Source: a virus (taxonomy: Duplodnaviria > Caudoviricetes). Taken from it: a stretch of 55,469 nucleotides of DNA. Location of the stretch: the IMG/VR virus record IMGVR_UViG_3300002488_000008, positions 1 through 55,469 of that record; one strand, given 5' to 3'. The notes beneath the pieces were generated by a model. That model worked only from the letters and a program-made list of their open reading frames with translations, was not told the origin of the DNA and did not search any database. Shown here piece after piece: positions 16,670 to 24,872 of the stretch. A program made the position numbers and the translations under genes. How positions within the stretch are numbered: the stretch's first letter is position 1; every line of letters starts with the position of its first letter.

Positions 16670-18336
16670 TGGCTGAAAGAAGAAGATTTAGTTTTACTAG
16701 TTTATTTAGAAATACTACACCTAAGCCACTAGACCGTAGTGTATATAATATTGGAATACAAGAAAAAGATACATCTTATTTATTGACTTCTCCGATAATA
16801 TATCATATTGCTCAACAATCTGTAATTGTTAGAACTTGTACTACCCAATTAAAACAAGAAGTGTTTAGGAGAGGATATATGTGGGAAGAAAAATTTGCAT
16901 TAAGATGTAATAAATGTGGAAAGGAATACAAATCTCCAGTCAAAGAATGTGGAGATTGTGGAAGTTTTGATTTTTCTAAGCCCGACCCTAAACAATTAAA
17001 GTATGCTAAAAAGATGTTAGGTGGTTATGTTAATAAATCTGAACAAATGTTTATTGATGTTTTAAAAGAAATGGAAGATGATTTGAACATTATGGATGAT
17101 GCATATTTAGTAATGGTTAAAGAATATTATTTAGATAACGACAATAATATAAAAATGCATAGAATAAAAGAAGTTTATCGAGGTGACCCTATTGGTATGC
17201 ATATTTATTCAGATGAGAAAGGAGAGAGAGGCAATACGGGATATACTTGTTTAAGACACAGAGATACTATTAGTCAAAGTTCTACAGGAACTTGTGAAAC
17301 ATGTGGGTGTAAATTATATCCAGTACACTTTGTTAACAGAACTAATGGGCAAGAACAGTATTTCATCAAGGGAGAAGTATTACATTTTAGTAAATATTCT
17401 CCAAGTAGAATATATGGCTTGTCTCCAATAATTACTTTATGGAATAACGTTACAACATTAATTGCTATGGAAAATTATGTTAATTCTTCTTATACAAAGG
17501 CAAGAATGCCAAAAGGAATTTTAGCAGTACAAACTAGAAATATGGATTCTATGAAGTCTTTTTGGAGAGGTGTTAAAGAAAAAATGGAAAAAGACCCACA
17601 CTTTATTCCAGTAATGGGAATTGAAGCAGAAGGTGGAAAGGGTTCTATTGAATGGGTAAAGTTCATGGATAGTCTAAAAGAAATGGATTATATGTCAGTT
17701 AAGGATGATTTAAGAGATAGAATATCTGCGTTTTATGGAGTTAGTAAAATCTTCATGGCAGACAACTCTGCTAGTGGTGGATTAAATAATGATGGTATGC
17801 AAATACTTGTAACTAATAGAGCGGTAGAAATGGCACAAACAATATGGAATAACTATGTATTCCCCTTTATGACAAAAGAATTTGGTATTCTTGATTGGGA
17901 ACTAAAATTACCACCATCAGAAGAAGAGGATGAGATTGCTAAATTAAGAAAGAGAGAGATAGAAGTAAATGTTGCGGCATCAATTAAAAACTTAGGGTTT
18001 GAAGTTGATATGGATGATGAAGGAAGGTTTACATTTTCTAAACCTCCTCCTGCACCTAAAGCAGAAGGAGAAGAAGAGGAAGAAGAAGAAATAGAATTAG
18101 ACCCTTATGCAGGTACAAACATAGACCAATCACAGTTAGGTCAAATGATGGAAGCAGGTACAAAACCTAGTATGGCAGAAGCAGGACAACCTGAAAAGGT
18201 AAAATCAGAAGATGAACCCCCTGCTACTAGAAATAAACCATCTATGTCAAGAGGGCCTGATAAAAGATTTAGTGGGCTACCCGCAGATGCAGGTAATCAA
18301 AATGTGGATAAAAGAACAGAGAGGCGGGTAGGTTGA
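16669..18336 (+). CDS. Portal protein (HK97-like) with Cys-rich insertions
   Basis: EVLHF..SPSRIYGLSPI, P.GIL and ISAFYGVSKIF portal motifs; located after TerL. Confidence 0.92.
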   Translation: MAERRRFSFTSLFRNTTPKPLDRSVYNIGIQEKDTSYLLTSPIIYHIAQQSVIVRTCTTQLKQEVFRRGYMWEEKFALRCNKCGKEYKSPVKECGDCGSFDFSKPDPKQLKYAKKMLGGYVNKSEQMFIDVLKEMEDDLNIMDDAYLVMVKEYYLDNDNNIKMHRIKEVYRGDPIGMHIYSDEKGERGNTGYTCLRHRDTISQSSTGTCETCGCKLYPVHFVNRTNGQEQYFIKGEVLHFSKYSPSRIYGLSPIITLWNNVTTLIAMENYVNSSYTKARMPKGILAVQTRNMDSMKSFWRGVKEKMEKDPHFIPVMGIEAEGGKGSIEWVKFMDSLKEMDYMSVKDDLRDRISAFYGVSKIFMADNSASGGLNNDGMQILVTNRAVEMAQTIWNNYVFPFMTKEFGILDWELKLPPSEEEDEIAKLRKREIEVNVAASIKNLGFEVDMDDEGRFTFSKPPPAPKAEGEEEEEEEIELDPYAGTNIDQSQLGQMMEAGTKPSMAEAGQPEKVKSEDEPPATRNKPSMSRGPDKRFSGLPADAGNQNVDKRTERRVG

Positions 18337-18437
18337 GTAATCTCGTTGAGTCTGCTAAAAAATGGAAAGAAGAAATAGATAGACTTAATGCAGAAACAGA
18401 TGAAAGAATTAGAAAATATTTGGAGGAAAAAAAATGA
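18333..18437 (+). CDS. Putative helical microprotein (34 aa); not in ORF track
   Basis: TTG start overlaps the portal stop. MSNLVESAKKWKEEIDRLNAETDERIRKYLEEKK* has an ATGA overlap with the next ORF. Confidence 0.55.
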   Translation: MSNLVESAKKWKEEIDRLNAETDERIRKYLEEKK

Positions 18438-18649
18438 GTGAAAAAGGTATAAGAGATATAGAAAAAGAAATGAAAAATGCAAGGATTGCAGAGAAGAGAC
18501 ACTATGATAGTTTAGTTACTAAAAATAGAGACTTTACTTTAGGTACTATTGCACCGGACACTAAAGCATACAAAGCACCGCCTAGTGTTCCCGATGTCAA
18601 TGTAATGCCAAAAAGAAAAAAAAGAAGTACTACTGAAAGTCCATTTTAA
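18434..18649 (+). CDS. Small basic hypothetical protein
   Basis: 71 aa; SD ggagg. Confidence 0.7.
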   Translation: MSEKGIRDIEKEMKNARIAEKRHYDSLVTKNRDFTLGTIAPDTKAYKAPPSVPDVNVMPKRKKRSTTESPF

Positions 18650-18662
18650 TTGAGGTGTTATT

Positions 18663-21272
18663 ATGGATTGGGAAGATATTCTAAAAGTTAGGGATAAATC
18701 TCAAGAAAAACTACAAGAATTTTTAGAACTACAAAGGCGTGGTCAAGGAAAAGGAATAACTTCAGCAATTGAACAAAAAAGAAAAGAGCAGGAATTAGAA
18801 CCAAGATTCAAAGATTTGGAAAGACTAGAAGAAGGTCTTGAAACTTTAGTAGCACCAATCACAAGGGAAATAAAAGATAAAGATGGTAAGTCAATTAAAG
18901 AAACAGTAAAAAATCCATTCCCAACTCCATCTTTAAGTGAAACACAAAAACGAAGGTCGGATATTAGACCTATTGAACCTAATGAACTTAAAATACTCAA
19001 TAAAAAATCTCTTTGGAAAGTAAATCGTAAAGTAAGAATAATCTTTGAAAGAACTTTAGAAGAGATAAAGACCTCAAATCCATCGTTTACACCAAAGTAT
19101 GATGTTAGAGATTTATCTCACGCTTCTTTATTTTTAATGATGTTATCTAAAATAGATTTAAATTTACCCCCACCAACAATGGATGGTAAAAAAGGTTCTA
19201 AATATAAACCTACTATAACAGAAAGTAAAATTCCATTTACTTCATTAGAGTCTGTTGATAAATATTTAAAAGACATTGATAAATCCATAAAAGAGATAGA
19301 AAAACAAATTTCAGTGTCATTAGGTAAAACAGTTGATATAAGTGAAGATTCTGACATTTTACAATTACTTAATCAAGTACGGGCAGATAAAGATGATGAT
19401 GAAATAAAACAACTCAAATTAAAAATAGAAAATTTAAAAACACTTAAACACACAATAAAAACATTATCAGAAAAAACAATTCCAACTCTTAAAAAGGACA
19501 AAGAGAAAATAGAACAAGAAAAGGATAAAAATAAAAAAGAAGAAGCACGTAAATCATATAGACTATATTGGCGTAAAACAATGAACATTGTTGATACAAC
19601 AATAGATGCGTTAGAAAGTAACTTTGGTAGTAATTATTTTCAAAATTTAATAACAAGCACAAAACAAACTCCACCTTCTACAACAATTAATACTTATTTT
19701 CCCGATAGTAAAAAAAATAAACAAACACGTTTGTTAGATATGCTAAAAAGTGAAAAGTATGTTATGGAAGTAGGTAAAAATAATAAATTTATTATGAAAG
19801 AAGATGACCTAAAAAAATTAATTGAAAAATTAGATAATATTAGATTTAATCCTAATCAAAATTTTGCCTTCTTACAACCAAAATATCAAAAGAGAAAGAA
19901 AGGTAAAAAATATTCTATATATGGTGCGACAGTTGAATCTAATCCACAATATAATCCTTTATTTAAAAGTCCTAATAAAGCATTAGAATCTACATTAGAT
20001 ATTCTAAATATTTTAGGTGGGAAATATTTTTCTAAACAACGCAAAGTACGCACTAAAGAGGATAAGAAAAAATACACTAAAACTGTATCTAATAATAGAC
20101 TAATACGAAGATTATTAGATGACTGGTCAGATAAAACTCTAGAAGAAGTAAAAAGTAGAGTAAGAGCAGTAGAACAAATAGGATTATTAGAACCTAAAAA
20201 TGTCACAAGAATTAATAAAATTTTATTTAGAGGAAATGTTGATAACTTTTTCGTAAAAGATGAACACCCATTCATAAATTATGATAGTGGATTTAGAAAT
20301 AATCTAAAACCTCAATGGGATGAAGATAAAAATTCTTGGGGAACAACAGATAGTGATGGTGATTGGGAAGATAGAATCATATTATATGATAATAAAAAAT
20401 CTACTGATATATGGAGAGAAATTGTCACTAAGTTGAACCTAAGTGAAAGTGGTTTAGAAGTATCTTCTACGAGAAAAGAAAGAAAAGATAGTGAATCAAA
20501 ATCTTTAAAATTAATATCTGAAATACTACAAGCATCAGATAAACTAAAAAATGTTAAAACAAGACAACAGATATTGTCTAAATATAAGAAATTAAAAGAA
20601 GTAATTCTTACTCCAAATAAAAATAGTTTATCTCCTTCTGATAAAAATATTGCTATTTCACAATTAAAAAATGAAGATAGATTAATATCAGATATGTATA
20701 GTTTTATGACAACCTTTGATGATGTATTAGAATTAATGGAAGAAAATATTCCTTCTGATTCTGCTACTTTAAGAGAAGCCCTTTTAGAAGGAGAGGAAAA
20801 TTGGGCAGTAGGTGTTACTGGACGATTACAAGGAACAAATAGAATATTGGTATCGTTTATTGAACCCTTAGAATTTTTATATCAGATTTTATTTTCATTA
20901 GGTAGAACAGTTGATATTGAAGATTCTGACATTTTTCAAATTATTAAAAATCAAAAAATGGATTTAGATATTAGTGAACAATTAAAAGAAATATCTGAAC
21001 TAGAAAAGAGATTGAAAGAGCAAAAGATAGATACTGAAAAAATAGAAGAATATGAAAAATTATTAGAAACTCAAAAGAAATCTATAGAAATTTTCAAAAA
21101 TACAGATTTTGTTCGCAATCAAGATGTAGAAAATGGTATAGAAGAACTATTAGAAAGAGATGATATGGTTAAGAAAAGTTATGAGTTTGAAGAATTAACC
21201 TTAGATGAACAAATAGCAAAGGCTTTAAGAAAAGTAAAGCGTAAGAAAGCATTATTGGAGAGGAGTTTATGA
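18663..21272 (+). CDS. Large K/E-rich protein (869 aa) with MDWEDILK tag; candidate internal virion protein
   Basis: SD gaggtg; tag; coiled-coil composition. Confidence 0.8.
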   Translation: MDWEDILKVRDKSQEKLQEFLELQRRGQGKGITSAIEQKRKEQELEPRFKDLERLEEGLETLVAPITREIKDKDGKSIKETVKNPFPTPSLSETQKRRSDIRPIEPNELKILNKKSLWKVNRKVRIIFERTLEEIKTSNPSFTPKYDVRDLSHASLFLMMLSKIDLNLPPPTMDGKKGSKYKPTITESKIPFTSLESVDKYLKDIDKSIKEIEKQISVSLGKTVDISEDSDILQLLNQVRADKDDDEIKQLKLKIENLKTLKHTIKTLSEKTIPTLKKDKEKIEQEKDKNKKEEARKSYRLYWRKTMNIVDTTIDALESNFGSNYFQNLITSTKQTPPSTTINTYFPDSKKNKQTRLLDMLKSEKYVMEVGKNNKFIMKEDDLKKLIEKLDNIRFNPNQNFAFLQPKYQKRKKGKKYSIYGATVESNPQYNPLFKSPNKALESTLDILNILGGKYFSKQRKVRTKEDKKKYTKTVSNNRLIRRLLDDWSDKTLEEVKSRVRAVEQIGLLEPKNVTRINKILFRGNVDNFFVKDEHPFINYDSGFRNNLKPQWDEDKNSWGTTDSDGDWEDRIILYDNKKSTDIWREIVTKLNLSESGLEVSSTRKERKDSESKSLKLISEILQASDKLKNVKTRQQILSKYKKLKEVILTPNKNSLSPSDKNIAISQLKNEDRLISDMYSFMTTFDDVLELMEENIPSDSATLREALLEGEENWAVGVTGRLQGTNRILVSFIEPLEFLYQILFSLGRTVDIEDSDIFQIIKNQKMDLDISEQLKEISELEKRLKEQKIDTEKIEEYEKLLETQKKSIEIFKNTDFVRNQDVENGIEELLERDDMVKKSYEFEELTLDEQIAKALRKVKRKKALLERSL

Positions 21273-21625
21273 GTTGGGAAAATATTCTCAAAAAAGATGA
21301 ACCCTCATTATTTAGTTTAGAAGATGCTATAGGTAAGACTGATTCTAAAAGAAGAAAGAAACTAAAAAAAGTTCTTCAAGCAAGTGAGCCTACAGAATTT
21401 TTTGGTCAAGAAATGACAAAACTCACAGAACTAATAGATGAGTTAAAAGATTTAGATTTAGTAAAGACAGATAAAAAATTAACTAAAGAGATGAAAGGGT
21501 TTGAAGAAAAGAATTTAGATATTGTTGCTACGGCCTCAAAATTAAGAAAGGATTATGAAACATTATACAATCAATTACGTGGATTAGTATATCCAAAAAG
21601 TAAAGGGAAATTAGGAGACAAATAA
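21269..21625 (+). CDS. Coiled-coil protein with MSWENILKK tag
   Basis: 118 aa; SD gaggag; ATGA overlap. Confidence 0.8.
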   Translation: MSWENILKKDEPSLFSLEDAIGKTDSKRRKKLKKVLQASEPTEFFGQEMTKLTELIDELKDLDLVKTDKKLTKEMKGFEEKNLDIVATASKLRKDYETLYNQLRGLVYPKSKGKLGDK

Positions 21626-21626
21626 T

Positions 21627-21722
21627 ATGCAAGAAATAAATTGGAAAGAATACTTGAGGGGAGAACTTCGGGAATGTTTTAAGACTATAGCAGAGGATGA
21701 AGCGGTAGGTGGTTACTATTAG
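21627..21722 (+). CDS. Putative microprotein (31 aa) with NWKEYLR tag variant
   Basis: SD aggag; MQEINWKEYLRGELRECFKTIAEDEAVGGYY*. Confidence 0.4.
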   Translation: MQEINWKEYLRGELRECFKTIAEDEAVGGYY

Positions 21723-21942
21723 TGGAGAGTCTGAGGAAATATTATTATTATTAAAAGAGTTAGTTTCTAAGGTTAAAACTTTAGAAGATGCAGTATATAA
21801 TAAAGATAATATTTTAATGAAATCAGGGTTTGTTGTAGTAGATACACCAACACCTGCTATTAGAAATGAACATACTGTTAGTGACATTTCTAAAATGGAT
21901 TGGTCACAAATACATGACACTGTTAATAAAATGGGGAAATAG
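21709..21942 (+). CDS. Small coiled-coil, scaffold-like protein ending in ISKMDWSQIH
   Basis: 77 aa; C-terminus resembles the scaffold C-terminus. Start uncertain. Confidence 0.7.
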   Translation: MVTISGESEEILLLLKELVSKVKTLEDAVYNKDNILMKSGFVVVDTPTPAIRNEHTVSDISKMDWSQIHDTVNKMGK

Positions 21943-21944
21943 AT

Positions 21945-22208
21945 ATGCCGGAAAAAGTAACAAAGGAAGAAAGAGTAGCAGAAATTGCCATAGAACATGC
22001 AAAAAAATTATTAGAAGTTGTTAAGGCTAAAAAAGAAGATTCAGTAGTTGATGTTGAAGTTAATGAATTAGGAGATTTAGATGAACTTGACCATTTGGGC
22101 GAAGAGGACAAGGTGAAACGTCCAACCAAAAAACCATCAGAAGAAAAACCTAAAATGAGTAAAGATGCTAATGATGGATACATTGGAGACAAACCTTATT
22201 TTGGTTGA
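21945..22208 (+). CDS. Small acidic hypothetical head-module protein
   Basis: 87 aa; SD gggg. Confidence 0.7.
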   Translation: MPEKVTKEERVAEIAIEHAKKLLEVVKAKKEDSVVDVEVNELGDLDELDHLGEEDKVKRPTKKPSEEKPKMSKDANDGYIGDKPYFG

Positions 22209-22222
22209 GATAGTGATGTTAG

Positions 22223-24841
22223 ATGCCTCAGACAGGAATCAGTTTTGAAAAGAAAACTAATGATTTATCAAAAAGAGTTTTAGACTTTTTTGAAAGAGTT
22301 AGATATTCCTTTTTATCGGCTAAAGATGACCCTTCTGAATATGGGTCTAAGTGGAAATCATCAGTAGAAGAAATAAGAGATATGTTTGATTCTTTAGATG
22401 ACTTTTCTAAAGAATTAAAAAAATATGTAGAAGAAAAAGATGTTTTTTCCGGTGAAGCCAAAGACCCTACATCTGTTACTGCACAAAGAATATATGATAA
22501 TATAAAAGAAATGCGGTTTAAATCTAAGTCTGTATCTGACCCCTTTTCAAAAACATTAGGTGATGATGTAGTTGATAAATTGTTAGAAAAGGAACACCAT
22601 CTAATTGCTTTTTTACATTATGCTATTCGCTCACACAATAATGCTATACCTAAACAAGTTTGGATAAAAAATGATTTACCTCCCGATGAAATTACTCAAG
22701 GGTCTATGGGTTTAGACTTAGAAATAGATGATATTGAATTGTATATCAAAGAACATTATGGGGAAAACAAAACAACAGATAGATTATCTAGCAAAATTAA
22801 AGGGGCATTAAAAAGATTAGAAGATATGTTTATTGAAAAATATGGGGAAGATAATTGGGAAGATTTAGAAGAAGTAGATATTCCTACTTTAAAGAAGGCA
22901 GAAACTAAAAGTGAAGAGGAAAAGTCTGCTATAGATTTTCTTATCCCAAACAAACCAATGTTTAGAATTTTTGAAATAGATGATTTAAAAGAAATTAAAG
23001 GATTAAGTGGAGAGTTTGTTGTTCAAGAAAAATATGATGGAATGAGAATTCAGATTCATAAAGTAGATAATAATATAAAAATTTATTCATATAATAAAAT
23101 AGATATTACTGATAAATGTCCTGAACAAGTAGAAGAAATAAAAAAGAAACATTTTGGTAGTTGTATATTAGATGCAGAATTAATGTTATTTTTGGACGAT
23201 GAACCACTACACAGAGCGGAAACAATATCTTATGTTTTTAAATTAAAAGATGAAAATAAGAAAGGAGTATTGAAGGCTCATGTTTTTGATATCATGCAAC
23301 ATGAAGGTAAATCTGTTATGGAAGAAGCATTAAGAGAAAGAATTAATATTTTATTGTATCAATATTCACAACATTCTTCTGAAATGTTGGCATTCCCGTC
23401 TAAAAAAGATACACGTATGGCTGATTCAATAAAAGAGGTTTTAGAATATTCTAAAGATATCATGAAACTTCCTGCATCTGAGGGAGTAGTAATAAAAGAT
23501 ATGGAGTCAACATATTATCGTGGAGTAGCACAAAATCCAAAATGGATTAAGTGGAAAAAGTTTGTAGACTTAGATGTAATTGTATTAAAAGATAGAAAAA
23601 CTAAAAGTGGTTTACATTCTTATACTATGGGAATTGGGCCAGTTCCCGCTTCTGTTGTTAGAGAGTATGAAACAGTTGAGTTTGAAGATAAGGAATATCT
23701 AGAAGTAGGTAAAGCATTAAACACTAAAACCAATGTAGAAGTTGGAAAAGTAGTAAGAGTAAAAGTAGATGAAGTAAAAAAGAAAGGTAAGTCCTTTAGT
23801 CTATATTCTGCTAAGGTGATAGAAGTTCCTGAAGTTTTAGTTTCTGATACATTTGAGACATTGGAACACTTAGCATCTAAAACTAAAAAATCTTTAACTG
23901 ATGCTTTAGATTTCTTAGGGGATAATGTATTAAGAACACCTTATAAAATTATGAGTGGAGTAGGAGAGAGTCAAAAGAAAGTTAAGAAAGCATATTATGT
24001 TACAGATGAGATACACGGTACTGCTGAAATTATACTAAAAGAAGATTTAGATGGATTTACTATTTATGGTTTTGAGGGAGATACATTAATGCAAAAAAAT
24101 GCACTTCATAATATAGATATATGGAAAGAACAACTTACTGAAATCATAAAAACTAAAAGGTCAACATTAAGAATTGCAATTAAAAATGAAATTTTAGAAT
24201 CAGGTAGACCCAAAGTAACATTTGAAAAGATAGCAGAATTTGTTAGAGATAACTATCCCGAAACATTTGAAGATGTATTTGATAATAAAGAAGATAAATT
24301 AATGAGTTGGATGAAAACAGAAGGTGATGTAAGTTTTGTTTATCATCACCCGAACAAATTTAGTGTGCAAAGTGATGAACTTACAAAAGATATAGAAGTA
24401 TTACAAAAAGAAGACAGAAAGGGTAAGTTTGTAATTAAACGTAGAGAAGATGAAAATATTGATTTTATTATAGAATATAAAGATAAAAGAAATGCTTGGA
24501 CAATAGAAATTGAAGACTCCGAAGATATTTTTAATTTATTTGGTAAGTCCGGTAAATATCCTGCTATTGTTGCAAAAAATCTAGATAGCGGTAAAACTTT
24601 AGATGAAGGAGAGTTACTTCTTGGAGTACAAAAACAAGGTTATCATGAATATAAATTAAATGGGGATAAATTTGATACTAGAATTCATATAAGAGTTTTG
24701 CCAGTAAATGAAAAAAATGTATGGCTTGCATGGACAGGTAAAAAACAAGAAATGTTACCATTAGATGAGGATGAAAAATTGTGGGATATTACAGAAGATA
24801 AGTATGCAAATTTAGAGTTTCCACAAAAAAATAGCACGTAA
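22223..24841 (+). CDS. Multidomain ATP-dependent DNA ligase-like protein
   Basis: Motif I EKYDGMR (K270), III ILDAEL, IIIa VFDIM, IV EGVVIK and V WIKWK, then an OB-like region. Extra N- and C-terminal domains. Confidence 0.88.
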   Translation: MPQTGISFEKKTNDLSKRVLDFFERVRYSFLSAKDDPSEYGSKWKSSVEEIRDMFDSLDDFSKELKKYVEEKDVFSGEAKDPTSVTAQRIYDNIKEMRFKSKSVSDPFSKTLGDDVVDKLLEKEHHLIAFLHYAIRSHNNAIPKQVWIKNDLPPDEITQGSMGLDLEIDDIELYIKEHYGENKTTDRLSSKIKGALKRLEDMFIEKYGEDNWEDLEEVDIPTLKKAETKSEEEKSAIDFLIPNKPMFRIFEIDDLKEIKGLSGEFVVQEKYDGMRIQIHKVDNNIKIYSYNKIDITDKCPEQVEEIKKKHFGSCILDAELMLFLDDEPLHRAETISYVFKLKDENKKGVLKAHVFDIMQHEGKSVMEEALRERINILLYQYSQHSSEMLAFPSKKDTRMADSIKEVLEYSKDIMKLPASEGVVIKDMESTYYRGVAQNPKWIKWKKFVDLDVIVLKDRKTKSGLHSYTMGIGPVPASVVREYETVEFEDKEYLEVGKALNTKTNVEVGKVVRVKVDEVKKKGKSFSLYSAKVIEVPEVLVSDTFETLEHLASKTKKSLTDALDFLGDNVLRTPYKIMSGVGESQKKVKKAYYVTDEIHGTAEIILKEDLDGFTIYGFEGDTLMQKNALHNIDIWKEQLTEIIKTKRSTLRIAIKNEILESGRPKVTFEKIAEFVRDNYPETFEDVFDNKEDKLMSWMKTEGDVSFVYHHPNKFSVQSDELTKDIEVLQKEDRKGKFVIKRREDENIDFIIEYKDKRNAWTIEIEDSEDIFNLFGKSGKYPAIVAKNLDSGKTLDEGELLLGVQKQGYHEYKLNGDKFDTRIHIRVLPVNEKNVWLAWTGKKQEMLPLDEDEKLWDITEDKYANLEFPQKNST

Positions 24842-24842
24842 C

Positions 24843-24850
24843 TTATATAG
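24843..24850 (+). promoter_or_regulatory. Putative archaeal TATA box for the protease-MCP operon
   Basis: TTATATAG begins 30 nt before the SD-less GTG 24873, with an A-rich upstream segment. Spacing fits a leaderless archaeal transcript. Confidence 0.4.
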
Positions 24851-24872
24851 TAAGAGTTTAAACTGACTGTTC

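Noticed and set aside
613-21625. MSW motif as a mere by-product of ATGA stop/start overlap, or as a secretion signal
   Set aside because: ATGA explains only the first base of codon 2. The motif also occurs with TCT, GAT and AAA second codons and without overlap. It has no hydrophobic core or Sec/Tat/pilin pattern.
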